The notes under the pieces were generated by a model that searched no databases, had not been told where the DNA came from, and saw nothing but the letters and a program-made list of their open reading frames with translations. From Octopus vulgaris (lineage: Eukaryota), in NCBI GenBank assembly GCA_951406725.2, contig OX597821.1, positions 14,446,001 to 14,510,000 of the forward strand: 64,000 bases of DNA, read 5' to 3'. Position numbers and translations under genes: made by a program. The first letter of the stretch is position 1. Every line of letters begins with the position of its first letter. Below are positions 1-13,231 of the stretch, in pieces.

Positions 1-128
1 AGTAACATAGAAAACATTTTATAACAATTTCTATAAATATATTTAGGTAAAAGTTTAAAGATTTTACATATTATACTGATTCTGTTAATTAAATGTCAAA
101 TAAAATGAAACAGTTTGAAAGCACTCAC

Positions 129-1205
129 CTGCATTGAAGTATCAGTTGAAGCTTGGGTCGTCATCCGATGCAAAGACTCCTCATCTATATCCAACAGGTT
201 GGTGTTGCTGGGATTTTCCTGATTCTCTTTGCAGTTGAAGTTTGTTGTTCCACCTTGCCCACTCAACTTGGGTGTATTGGGGTTTGAGCCCCGCATCACA
301 CAAGGCGGTGGTGAACTCATGGATTTCGTCTCCACACTGTTTGTATCCCAGTCGTTTCTAGGAACCTCGGAGGCAACATCCATTAAGTCGACACTTTTGG
401 CGAAGGCATCCCTCAGATTGACGGAGTGGAAGGAGACTATGCTTCCATTCCTCTTCGCCCGCTCGAGAGCCTCCTTACGTTTCAATGCTTTTTCTCTTCT
501 CATCTGATCTTTATAAAATTCGGCGAAATTATTGACAATGATTGGAATTGGAAGCGCAATAACTAGCACACCACAAATACAACATACGCCACCAACAACT
601 TTTCCCAGGATCGTCGTCGGGTAGATGTCACCATATCCTACCGTCGTCATAGTGATGGCAGCCCACCAGAATGTTTCGGGGATACTAACGTACTTAGTTC
701 CTGGTTCGTCTTTTTCCGCAAAGTAGGCAAGGCTTGAGAATAAGAGTATTCCAATGGCCAAAAACATCATTAATAGACCTAGCTCTTTATAACTTCTCTG
801 TAAAGTGTACCCTAAGGATTGCAGACCAGTTGAATGTCTTGCAAGTTTTAGAATTCGCAGAATTCTCATTATTCGAAAGATTTGCACCACTCTGCGGACA
901 TTTTGGAACTGTTCCGTCGTACTCTTGTTGGTCTCAGTCAATCCTAGGGAAATGAAATAAGGCATGATTGCCAATAGGTCTATAATGTTCAAAGGTCCTT
1001 TGAAAAATTTCCACTTATTCGGGGAGGCCCAGAATCGTCCCAGATATTCCAAGGTAAACCATCCAATGCAAACAGCTTCTACAATTGCAAGCTGTGGGTT
1101 ATCAGCCCCTTCCTGCTCTCCTTCACCTTTGAGCCCAGGAATTGTGTTTAATGTTAGCGCCACGGTAGACAGGACAATGAAGAGAATGGACACAATGGCC
1201 AAGAC
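129..1205 (-). CDS. Shab: Kv2/Shab channel, second coding exon (S1-S6, voltage sensor, pore, proximal C-terminus); the gene continues left of the window
   Basis: Acceptor TTTTCAG|GTC at 1206/1205 gives ...MAAR|VLAIVSILF. Contains S4 [29 protein letters not shown], filter [12 protein letters not shown] and Kv2-diagnostic S6 [11 protein letters not shown]. Donor CAG|GTGAGT at 129/128; 1077 nt = 359 codons, phase 0. Confidence 0.96.
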
Positions 1206-1429
1206 CTGAAAAATGTTTTCAAATTCTGGTAACGCTGAAAAAATACACAGGTTAACGAATGGATCTCTTAAAAGATACTCCTAGATAGGGACTTAAATAA
1301 ATAATAGTAAGCTGTTACTCACACCAAAGCATGACTTTGACAAGATAAGGAGTGGGTAAGGAATTTAAAAAAAAAAAATTGGAAGAAAGACAGTTGAAAG
1401 CAAAGTAGCATATGTAAGATATGCTATGA

Positions 1430-1685
1430 ATAGTAGTAGTAGTAGTAATGGTAGTAGTAGTAGTAGTAGTAATAGTAGTTGTAGTAGTAGTAGTAGTAGT
1501 AGCAGTAGTAGTAGTAGTAGGTGGAGGTGGTGGTAGTAGTAGTAATGGAGGACGCGGAGATGGTAGTAGTATTAGTAGTAGTAGTGGTAGTAATAGTAGT
1601 TGTAGTAGTAGCAGTAGTAGTTGTAAAAGTAGTAGTAGTAATAGTAATGATTGTAATAGTAATAATAGTGGTGGTGGTAGTAGTA
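1430..1685. repeat. Degenerate (TAG/TGG)n trinucleotide microsatellite
   Basis: Direct reading; explains the poly-V/T/Y/L/S ORFs here. Confidence 0.95.
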
Positions 1686-1886
1686 AATAATTGTGGGTCA
1701 TCCATAGGGACAGTAGGAGACGGCTTTGATATTTTTATAGCAGCCAGCTTTAGCCACTAAATTGGTAGTGGATGCTGTACATGAAGAGGTGTGCTAGCTG
1801 TTACGCTGACAATCCACAGAATAGCAGATAGTATGTATGGGAATATATAAATACATACATAAATATACATAAATATATACATATAC

Positions 1887-1929
<43 letters not shown>

Positions 1930-2041
1930 ATAAATGTATATATATACATATACTGTATAAGCATATTTATAAAGAAGTCTGAAAATTGGAAGTAATCACT
2001 AATAAAAGCTGGAAGAGAACAAGAAGCAGGGATAACATATT

Positions 2042-2073
<32 letters not shown>

Positions 2074-2541
2074 ACAAACCAAAAATAAATATACAATATA
2101 TAAGAATATAAGCAAAGCCATTGATAGGTAAAAAAACAATAACTATATCAAGAATGAAAATAACATTTATATGAAATAGGTTTCAAGCTGTACTGCAAAA
2201 AAAAAGGAAAAATATTTTAGGGTATATGAAAAGATTTTGAATAAAAAAAAAATGATGGGGGAGTGTGTGTATGCATATGAGTGCATGTGTGTATGTGCGC
2301 GTGTGTGTAGGTGTACATGCATTAATGTACGGACATTTATTCTTGCTGATTATCAACAACTGACAAAGTTGAATTCAAGATTTTGCTTTCATTGTTTTTG
2401 TGGGGGTTGGGGGTGTATGTAGTTTCTATTTTTGAAAGAGAAATATTTTAAGTATGTTTAACCTCCTGGAAAATAGTGTAGGAAATGAGAACTAAGTCTA
2501 TTAAAATACAGGAGGAGTTAGTATAAATGTTAATCTTTCTG

Positions 2542-2572
<31 letters not shown>

Positions 2573-2669
2573 ATCTATCTATCTATCATACAAATAATAT
2601 ATATATTCATATATATACATATGCATATATACATACATATACATGTATATTGTTTACTCTACATGGTAT

Positions 2670-3816
2670 ATAGTTACAAACAGTTCATACAACGGTAATG
2701 TTTTCTAAGCAGGTTTTAATAACATGCCTAGTGTCTGCAAGCAAACTTCAGGCTCTGTACATATGGTCTATACAAGTTATAAATCAGGAGAAATCATAAG
2801 ACAAAAAATGAGAGGAAGGTGGGGGCAAAAAGTGAAAGGGTAACAGAAACAAAAAAAAATGGTGAAAGAAGAAAAATTAGTGTTATATACCCTTTGACCA
2901 TAAAGCCATAAAGCTAGTTAATGTAGAATCAAGAGAAGGGGTCTAAAGTCTGCAACATAGCTGCTGAATATGGAGATGGTGGTATTCTCCAATTCACCAA
3001 AAGAAACTTGTCCATATATATGCATTTGCTGAAACTTTCAGATCTGGAATTTAGCAGTGAAGTGGAATTCTTTAGCTCTAAAAAGTATGTGATTTTTCAG
3101 CTACACATAAGATGCATTTCTTTAATCCATTAATATATGGCATGACTTTTTCTACACTATTCCACTTGATTTTATGTGGCATGGAATTGGTCTTTAAACC
3201 TCAAATGTGGATAGCCAACTTATTAGCATTACTTTTGTCCACGTGCTGGAAAGTAGATAGGCAGTTAGCATTTTTGAAGTCATCTTTGCAATAGTCCTTT
3301 TTGGTCACATTATCATGTAGCATTGCTGTTACATCTACTTCATATAATGCCATATGTTAATGGATCTAAAGAATGTGAGTCATGAGTAGCTGAAAGATCA
3401 TATATCCTTTTCAGATCTAAGAATTCCACCATGCTGCTGAATTGCAGATCTGAAATTTTCAGCAAATGCATATATATGGACAAGTTTCTTTTGGCAAATT
3501 GGAGAACATCACCCTCTCTGGATTGAGCGACTGTAACACAAACTTTAAACCCCTTCTGTTTATTCTGCATCAACTAACTTTGTGGTTTTATGGTCAAAGA
3601 GGGCATAATCTTAAGTCTTCACCTTTAAACCTTTCTTTTTCTATTTCTTTCACTTTTCCACTTTTTGCATCTACTTTTCTCTTGTTTTTCTCATGGTTTC
3701 TCTTGTTCCAATTTGTAACTTGTATAGGTCATATGCATTGAGCCTAAAGATTGCTTGGAGATACTAGGCATGTTATTCAATCCTACCTGGAAAACATCTT
3801 CAATGTATGTAACTAT
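2670..3816. mobile_element. Old long inverted-repeat (foldback) element, arms ~2670-3143 and ~3347-3816, degenerate HHR motifs near the outer ends
   Basis: For example ccaaaagaaacttgtccatatatatgcatttgctgaaa (~2997-3034) is the reverse complement of tttcagcaaatgcatatatatggacaagtttcttttgg (~3457-3494). Similarity extends over both arms. Confidence 0.8.
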
Positions 3817-4745
3817 GAGTAGTTGAGTAGCTCATAACTATATAACTATATTCTGTGTGCAATAAACAATACATACATATATATATATATATATAATGTA
3901 TACATATATACATATGTGTGTGTGTGGGGTGTATGTGCGTGTGTATGAGTGATGAATGTGTGTATAGATAATTCCCCATGTCAATGCATTTACATTGAGG
4001 AATAAATTGAGGTAATTGTATTACAAGTGTTTCTTTATGCATCAGTCAGGATAATAAGAGTGTGTGATTAGGTCCATTTTTATGACATTACGTGGATGAA
4101 AATAAACCACCTTCTCGAAATCCAACCAATGGTGAAGGTACTCCCAGAAAATGCTGGTCCCTATTTTTGAAACTTAGGACAACTGTTGCATGCTGAATTA
4201 CTTTTGTTTTCAAATGTACAACGAAACAACTAAGGTGGATCTAGTTTCACAATCTATGAGCTGGTTTCCTAGTGTATCTTTGTGTTGCAGAAGTGAGAGT
4301 GTATACATAGAGTATATGTATGTGTTCTCACACACTCTCTCTGTCTCTGGCACCCTCACACTCATATATTTTTATGCTTACATGTGTAAATGGTATATAT
4401 ATTTGAAACTAAATATGTATATTTAAGTGTAGCAAGTATACAAATTCAAGTGGAATATAATTGAACAATGAAGAAAGAATATATTCAGTAAGTAAATGCA
4501 GTTGAATGTGAGAAAAAAAAAATGAAAATCATCATTTATAGAGAAAAGAAGATGAAACATATATTTGGAACATGAGGTAAAATTTTATGGACTCTTAAAT
4601 TTCTGCAAGTTTAAATGACATATAAACACAAATTATTTATAACTACAAATTATGGCACCTTTAAAGTGAAGTTTAATAGTAAATTTTTTAAAAGGAGGAA
4701 GAGAAAATATCAAAAAAAAATTATGCATTATTTGGCAATGGAGAC

Positions 4746-4944
4746 AAACTTCCTACTCATAAGAACAATTTTATCCTAAAACCTATGTATGGTAGCGAAA
4801 AGAAACAAGACAGATAAGAGCGGCACCAAAAAGTGATATGTATACCTTTCAGCTAATTTCTTTGCTACCATCCATGGCTTCTACCCGACGACGATCCTTA
4901 ATTAAACCCAAAGAATAAAATTTAACTCATGAGTAGGCAAGTTT
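4746..4944. repeat. Small degenerate inverted repeat, MITE-like
   Basis: aaacttcctactcataag pairs with ctcatgagtaggcaagttt, and atggtagcgaaaagaaa pairs with tttctttgctaccat. Confidence 0.5.
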
Positions 4945-6039
4945 TAGAAAAACTTTCCCTGGAATTGCTCAGTTTTTTTTTTTAGGTAAATTTAAATAGG
5001 CCTATTATTATTATTATTATTATTATTATTATGATTATTATTGTTGTTGTTGTTGTTATTACATAATTATAATTGTTGTTGTTGTTGGAATAGTCATTAT
5101 AAGTAACATTATCATTATTAATATTAACAATTTCATAATTATTTTTTAAAACCTGTCAAATTGCAAGAAAAAAAAAAGCATAGTTTAATCAATGAGATTA
5201 ATTTAATCAAACATAAATTTAACCATAGATCATTTTCAAAATCTATAGTTGTTTCCAATCTTAAGTAGAAATAATTCAAAGCATGTATTTTATAAAGATA
5301 AGATTACATCATATGGTTATTGATGATCAATGCTTAAAAGTGAATGTCTAATGTGTAAAAATGAAAAGTTATTTTGACTTTAGACTAAAAGTGCTCAAGC
5401 AAACTAAAGCTTAGTTTAATTTATGCAACCAACATTATATTTAACAATTTTGTTACAAGTTCTACAATAAAACTATATTTATGAGTAATAAATAGATTTA
5501 TACACCTAAACAATTTGAAGTTACTTGTTTTCATGTAAATTTGAAATAAAATTGTATATTTCATATTTAAAGCGTCTACATACACATTTCTCATACACAC
5601 ATAGACTTCTCTGCTTTATGTAGTCTTCAGTCTTTCATGATATATGTGTTTGTGAACGTGAATAGATGACAGTGGTTACCAAGAAGATGAAAGAAGACAG
5701 GTGGGACAACAAAGTGATAAGATGATAGGAGAGGGAGTAACAGAAGAGAGACAGTGATAGGTAGCTATATATCAGTCGTTGGTAATATGATTGAATAGGA
5801 AACAGCATGAGCAGTGTGATGGGATAGCTATGAATATGAGTCATGACAAGTATAAGATTAGTGGTGGACAGCAACAGAGATGAACAATGGTGGGAAAGGT
5901 AAATGTCTGATGAATCATTTAAAAAAAAATGAATGATGATGTTGGTTAGTAGTAGAGAAGAATGATGGTAAGGAGTAATGAGTCTGAACATGAGTGCGTA
6001 TATATCTATGTATATATGTGTGTAGATATATATATGGAT

Positions 6040-6419
6040 GGAAGCACTCTGTCGGTTACGACGATGAGGGTTCTGGTTGATCCGATCAACAGAACAGCCT
6101 GCTCATGAAATTAACGTGTAAGTGGCTGAGCACTCCACAGACACGTGTACCCTTAACGTAGTTCTCGGGGATATTCAGCGTGACACAGAGAGTGACAAGT
6201 CTGGCCCTTTGAAATACAGGTACAACAGAAACAGAAAGTAAGAGTGAGAGAAAGTTGTGGCGAAAGAGTACAGCAGGGATCACCACCTTCCCTGCCGGAG
6301 CCTCGTGGAGCTTTAGGTGTTTTCGCTCAATAAACACTCACAACGCCCGGTCTGGGAATTGAAACTGCGATCCTACGACCGCGAGTCCGCTGCCCTAACC
6401 ACAGGGCCATTGCGCCTCC
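6040..6419 (-). mobile_element. tRNA-derived SINE, family B
   Basis: Reverse complement of the copies at 8212 and 33054; head GGAGGCGCAATGGCCC.GTGGTTAGG...GTTTCAATTCC carries A/B boxes. Confidence 0.9.
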
Positions 6420-7239
6420 ATAGAAGTGTAGATATATATATACGCATACAAACACAGAAACACACAAAGACACTCTCTCAAGGATGCACACACCTGCATA
6501 TGCATAAATCCACATATGTAAACAGATTCTGCATAGCTCTAAAAGATGATTGCTCAAACTGCTCAGTCAACTGATCTACTAATTTATATTAGCATCTTTG
6601 TAACTGAGTATTTCAAAGACACATGTAAAATTAAGACAATCTTTGCACAACACAATACACACACACATGTACATGCACAAACAAAAAATATACTTAAATA
6701 GAAATATTATACATACATACACATACACAATTTTATTTCAAAATAATTAACCTTCAGTAAATATTTAACATAACATCAATATGATCGAAAGTTGAATATT
6801 TGTTTTCTTAATTGTTAAATAATTTCTTTATTGGTTTGTATTGTGGTTTACTTAATATTTTTATATCGAAGAACAGTATTAGTTTGATTGTTAGTAAACA
6901 CTAATGCTGAATATATAAAAGTTTAGTAACTTTGTTAACAATCCTATAAGCATATTTCAAGAACCTTAAGCTAGCAGTGTTAATATATATTCTGTTAGTA
7001 GAGAATTCTTCAAGTTGATATGCATAAGTAAACAGTGATAATAGAAAAAAAATAAATAAAGGTAGCAATGCATAAAATAAATGTTGTTTAAATAAGTTGC
7101 AATATAAGTTTCTAAAAGTGAAAGTGATAAATTGATTGTCATTTCATAAATTAAAAAAAAAAAAAAATTTCTAAGGGTGCATGTAGAGAAGCATTCATTA
7201 CACATTCCATGTACTTGGTGTGTGTGTGTGTGCCTGCAT

Positions 7240-7263
7240 ATATGTGTGTGTTTATGCATTTGA

Positions 7264-7304
<41 letters not shown>

Positions 7305-7309
7305 TTTGA

Positions 7310-7348
<39 letters not shown>

Positions 7349-7629
7349 TGTGTATATATATATATATGTATGTATGTATATATATATGTAGTATATATAT
7401 ATGTGTGTGTGTATGTATATATATGTATATACATATATATATGTATATATACATGTATGTATGTACATATATATATGTATATATACATGTATGTATGTAC
7501 ATATATATATAATATATGTATATATATATATATATATATATGTAGTATATATATATGTGTGTGTATGTATATATATGTATATACATATATATATGTATAT
7601 ATACATGTATGTATGTACACATATATATA

Positions 7630-7672
<43 letters not shown>

Positions 7673-7716
7673 ATATGTGTATATATATACACATATAATA
7701 TATATATACACATATA

Positions 7717-7755
<39 letters not shown>

Positions 7756-7900
7756 AAAACAAATATATAAACAAATATATACATAAGCAGATAGATAATA
7801 TATATATGTGTGTGTGTATGTGTATACATATATATATCTGTGTATGTGTATACGTATACACATAGATAGCAACAGTGAGAGAGAGAGAGAGAGAGTGAGT
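7240..7900. repeat. Complex (TA)/(TG)/(CA)/(GA) microsatellite field with internal duplications
   Basis: Direct reading; source of the long YI-repeat ORFs. Confidence 0.95.
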
Positions 7901-8211
7901 GACAGATAGACAGAGATAGGAAAAGAGAAACATAGATAGATAAAGAGGTACTCAGACAAAACACATGCATACATCCTTAACCCAATCCCACAGATATAAA
8001 TGCACTTTTTATATTTACAGTGCACAAGGCACATCATCTCCCATCTGATATTATAATCGAACCCACTGTGCTTCATATGCAGGTGAATAGTGAATGAGGT
8101 GACCTTTTTAGCATTGGTACCATTAAAATGCATCTCGTACACACTGTAAAGCAACTGGCGAATTTGTAGAGAATGTGTGGAGCTGTCACCAAGGTCTATT
8201 TAACCTCTAGT

Positions 8212-8593
8212 GGAAGCGCAATGGCCCAGTGGTTAGGGCAGCGGACTCGCGGTCATAGGATCGCGGCTTTGATTCCCAGACCAGGCGTTGTGAGTGTTTA
8301 TTGAGCGAAAACACCTAAAAGCTCCACGAGGCTCCGGCAGGGGATGGTGGTGATCCCTGCTGTACTCTTTCGCCACAACTTTCTCTCACTCTTACTTCCT
8401 GTTTCTGTTGTACCTGTATTTCAAAGGGCCGGCCTTGTCACTCTCTGTGTCATGCTGAATATCCCCGAGAACTACGTTAAGGGTACACGTGTCTGTGGAG
8501 TGCTCAGCCACTTACACGTTAATTTCACGAGCAGGCTGTTCCGTTGATTCGGATCAACCGGAACCCTCGTCGTCGTAACCAATGGAGTGCTTC
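8212..8593 (+). mobile_element. tRNA-derived SINE, family B, with target-site duplication
   Basis: A box TGGCCCAGTGGTTAGG and B-box-like GCTTTGATTCC; flanked by tctatttaacctct / tctatttatcctct. Confidence 0.9.
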
Positions 8594-9120
8594 TCTATTT
8601 ATCCTCTGAATAAAATTCACCCAGTACACTGTAAAGCAGTTGGCAATAGGAAGGACATATTGCTGTAGAAACCATACCAAATAACATTATGCGTACCAGT
8701 ATGAGTAGCAGTAGTGCCCTGTAAAAAATGACTCTAGCTGTTTTAACTTGTCAGCATGGGTTAGACAGAGTGTACTGTGTGCATTTTCTCATTGCAACAA
8801 TGTTTGAGATGTTGGATAGATCTTGGCAAGACGCAGTTCAAAAGATCTCACAGCCTTTCACCTTCTCAGCTCATTTGTCAATCTGTTTACTGTGTGTATT
8901 GGAAGCACTTCTAGTCTCACTTACAGTTTACCTGTAGAGGAAATGCAGTAGATACCTCACAGCATAAGCACAGATGCTGGGGTGCCTTACACATGGGAAA
9001 AAAGAAACTGTAATCAGTAGACAAAGGAGGGGAAGAAATTACATCAGAAGAGATGCTTCATCAGCAGAACAGCAGAGAGAGTCATATGAAAATTACACTG
9101 TTTGTATATATATGTGTATG

Positions 9121-9540
9121 TATTATATAAAGGATCATGGGTAAGGCTAAAACAATGTGAAGTAAATCACAAGAAAACAAATATGTGAATTAATGTAGAC
9201 TGACCTTGTATTCAATATTTCGGGGTTATGACCCCATTTTCAAGAAATTGATGAATGTTGCTGATGTGCGTGTGTGTGAGCATGTGTGGAATGGACATGT
9301 ATGGAAAGGTATTGCTTTCGGGGTTATGACCCCTTAGCAACACCTTTCCATGCCTTTCCACTCCACACACAGGCTCACACACATGCACATCGGCAATATT
9401 CATCAATTTCTTGAAAATGGGATCATAACCCCGAAATATTGAATACAAGGTAAGTCTACATTAATTCACATATTTGTTTTCTTGTGATTTACTTCGCATT
9501 TACTTTGCATTGTTTTTACCCACGATCCTTTATACAATAT
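9121..9540. mobile_element. ~420-bp palindromic element with a variant (U3-A8) hammerhead motif on each arm
   Basis: Arms are near-perfect reverse complements about an axis at ~9326. HHR-like motifs at 9211-9246 (-) and 9408-9443 (+). Confidence 0.8.
9211..9246 (-). ncRNA. Candidate minimal hammerhead ribozyme, U3-A8 core variant
   Basis: Minus strand reads TTC-TTGAAAA-T-GGGGT cata ACCCC-GAAAT-ATT-GAA. Confidence 0.55.
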
Positions 9541-9583
9541 ATTTTACACAATGTTTGATAGTAATTATTCCATTATAACATAT

Positions 9584-9624
<41 letters not shown>

Positions 9625-9738
9625 AATTGAGATAGGGGTTGTAAATGCAACCCTCCATGGGATAACATATATCCAATATACTGCTCGTGAAGTACCCTGA
9701 TATTTGATTTGGATGTATTTCTCCATTTTCTTATTTTG

Positions 9739-9769
<31 letters not shown>

Positions 9770-10744
9770 ATGTAAAATCTTTACACGCTGTCATTTCATC
9801 TTTACAGTTGTTATTAATTATGTGTGATAATATCAATATAAAGTGTGACTGACATTGATGTAAGATAGTGGGATTTATTGCTCGTAAGCCAAGAACAAGA
9901 AAATAATCGCAGACATTGTTCTCTACTCTCATACTCCTGATTCTTTTTTCTATCTAGTAAGGTATATATTTTAGATGAAAAACGAAAAAGAAAAAAAACG
10001 TAAAACCAAGATGCTCTCTCTCTCCCTCTCTCTTTCTCTCTCTCTCTCTGAATGAATGAATAGGTAGCCATTTAATGTTTAAGGAACTTATATTTTAATA
10101 CTCATTCATCAAAATAATATTTTATGTTTGATAGTTTCATGGAGTCAGTTAACTTTGTGTATATTGATAAATATATTACAAACAATGTGACTAGAAGACC
10201 TTTCCTTTTATTACTCACAAAAGCCTTGTAATGTTATAAATTATAATAGAAGTTTATAATCCAAATTGCTACAATTAGACACTTTCCAAATGTCTGAAAA
10301 AAGAGTCGAGTTGATTATTCTTATAACCAGATTTTAACTTTTTAATTTAATATTGGAAAGAATTTAAAAGAAAAGCACGCTTTTTATTTTGTTAATTAAC
10401 TTGATGTAATATTATTGATGTTTTTAAGTTATGTATCTGAATTTTGTAAGAAGGAAATATGAATGTTTCCCTTTTATCAATGTAAAATGAGAAGTAAGAA
10501 AAATGAAATTTGATGAGCAAATAAGCAACAGTAACAAAACTGAAGCACTATGAGTAGATTTCAGATGTGTTGAGTTACTTAAATAACCTTTAACATGGTC
10601 GATGAGACAGTAAATGTGTCTTAGGAACTTCACAGTAAGGGAAAAAAATGAAGATATCTCCAGTAAGTGACATTATAAAGATTACATCAATTGGATAGTT
10701 TCATGAGGAAATTAAAAAGCAGCTGATGGTTATATGCTCTATAT

Positions 10745-11000
10745 GATTGGCATGTAAAAAGCACTATCTGTTCGTGGCCATTGCCAGCCCCCCCCCCCCG
10801 ACTGGCCTCATGCCAATGGCACGAAAAAAGCACCCACTACACTCATGGAGTGGTTGGTGTTAGGAAGGGCATCCAGCCATAGAAACATTGCCAGATCAAA
10901 CTGGGCCTGGTGCAGCCTTCTGGCTTCCCAGACCCCAGTTGAACCGTCCAACCCATGCTAGCATGGAAAGCGGACACTAAACGATGATGATGATGATGAT
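10745..11000 (+). mobile_element. Family C repeat (SINE-like, (ATG)n tail), 3' part
   Basis: Ends ...ccatgctagcatggaaagcggacactaaacgatgatgatg, shared with six other copies in the window. Confidence 0.8.
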
Positions 11001-11991
11001 TAGCACCAAAGCTGCAACTAATAGCTACTGGAACAATTGACATAGTTAGCAGAAGTTCTGTAGCAAATAAGTCAAGTACTTGTTTTCTTCACCAGAAAAC
11101 AGCATTAATATTCCATGCTGCCTCTTAAGCAAGAACTAACTCTTGAGAATAAAAAGTAGAATCAAGAGCATATAGAGAGAGGATTAAAAACATATATAAA
11201 GTGAAAAATTAATGTTATAATTACTTTAATGTAAAGATTGCTTCTCAAATTAACTCCTGACTCCAAGTCTGTTATCAACCCTATCAATAAAATTACATAG
11301 TCTCTCTCTCTCCCAATCTTTCACAATTTTCTCTGTGAAACTGAATATTACAATTCAATGAGATGGTTTAGGTGTGTTGATATAAAACTGGAAAGTTGAA
11401 GGAGAAAAGGCCACTGCAATAGTGATGGAAGATAAAAACATGACTAATGAATCATAAATTGAGATGGCTGAATTAAGCATCTAACTGAATTATATGGCAA
11501 GAAAGTTGACTGAGGTGAATTTAGATATAATTTAAGGCATTAACTAATTCTAGCAATGAACTTTGAACTGTTAAGTCACTTGTATCTGTTAGTTTATTAT
11601 GCTCATCTCTACTACAATGTATCTAACCCTTGTATTAGTCCCTATGGGTTCAGGCATAGCTGTATAATTGAGAAGTTCTTTTTTACAACTGTATGTTTTC
11701 TGGTTTGATCTCAATGCACATCACTTTGAATAAGGAACTTCTACTTCTGACCAACTAAACCCTTGTGAGTGAAATGTGGTATACAGAAACTTTGTGACAG
11801 TCGATTGAAGGGATTATTTCTTGTGTTGGATGGTAGATTTACAATGCCACCTGCTTTAATGGTGTCAACCCAATTCTTGGGAGCTGCTAGCAAAGCACAC
11901 ATTGTAGAAAACATTTGAGCTAAATCTCTCTTCCTCCTACCAGTTTAGGATTCCATAAAAAGGATCATAGGTACTGTCATTTCTTCTCTAA

Positions 11992-12389
11992 TCTTTATAT
12001 ATAAAAGTGAGGTTGTGTGCTGTCTGTCTCCTACGATTTAGATTCCTAACTAATCCCACATTTTGCGGTGCAGTTTAACCAAAACCGGGTATCTCATAGT
12101 CGTGATTCATATTGAGCCCTTCTGGGTATTAGTGTGCGTCTACGATGAGTCTACGATTAAAAAAAAATTTAACATCCTTTTTTCCCATTTTAATGCATTT
12201 TTTCGCTATTATATAAGGGATGTAACTCTCTAAAAATGTCTACGATGAGTCAACGATTTAAAAAAAAAAAATAAACCATCATTTTTTTTCCATTTTTAAT
12301 GCATTTTTTAGCTATTTTTTGGCTATAACTCTAAAAATGTTATAGTTATTTCCCTTATAAACCCGAGCAACGCCGGGCAATACTGCCAG
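11992..12389 (+). mobile_element. Non-autonomous Helitron
   Basis: A|TC 5' end, subterminal hairpin cccgagcaacgccggg, 3' CCAG|T (CTAG in sister copies), no TSD; homologous to the copies at 20076 and 40305. Confidence 0.85.
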
Positions 12390-13183
12390 TATACTATAAA
12401 GACATCAAATATTTGTTCTAAAGACAAGTAATTCAAAACTAGAGTAAAATGTCTATCAACTTGGTTACACTTGCTTCAATTACTTACCATTTTATTTTAC
12501 ATCACTTACAGAGTTGTTATTATACCTTCTAAATAGCTTATCTTCTGATTTTGGATATATCTAAAAGTTTAATCCTTTATCAAGAATTTAGTTCCTTCTT
12601 TCAATATGAGTGTGTGTGTAGGTACGAGAGAGAGAGAGATGAGGGGAGGAGAAGAGAGATGAGAGAATTGTTTAATAATTAGATAGAAGAAAAGATACTA
12701 CAAAGAAAACACTTAAATAACGATCCACATTAATTATATGAAATGTAATTCTAGTCCTCTGTTGTCACAATAAAGGTTCTATTTTTCTCTATATTATGAA
12801 ATCTGTTATATCCATACAATTTTTATGCAGAATCTCAATTTGAATATTTAAATCCTTAGGAAATTCAGAATCTGTGCTAAAGATTTTGTGGTAATTGTCT
12901 GTGAAACATTTTTCTGATGTAAAAAAAAAAATTAAAATCAAACAAATTAAAACAGCATAATGGATTCAGATTTAGTATCACGGCAAATTAATACTGATTT
13001 TTATATCATAAACATCAGCTGCCATCACTAACTTATGTTGCTCGCTTACTCAAATGTCTAGGTCTACCTTGTTAAAAATGTTATGCATGTTATAGTTAAA
13101 AAATGGTATGAATTGGTTTGTCTTTTGATTTCCTTTACCAAGAATTTACTTGCTTCCTTCAAGTATGCCTATGCAAGAAAGGA

Positions 13184-13231
<48 letters not shown>

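Noticed and set aside
1315-1760. Poly-L/T/V/S/Y ORFs
   Set aside because: Translations of a (TAG)n trinucleotide tract.
4746-4944. Seventh HHR palindrome
   Set aside because: The inverted repeat is visible but no HHR core could be read on either arm.
6966-8154. Long ORFs of 260-334 aa rich in Y/I/H/T (likewise at 28.0, 31.1, 38.4, 44.8-45.3 and 59.0 kb)
   Set aside because: Translations of (TA)/(CA)/(TG) microsatellites, open in several frames and on both strands.
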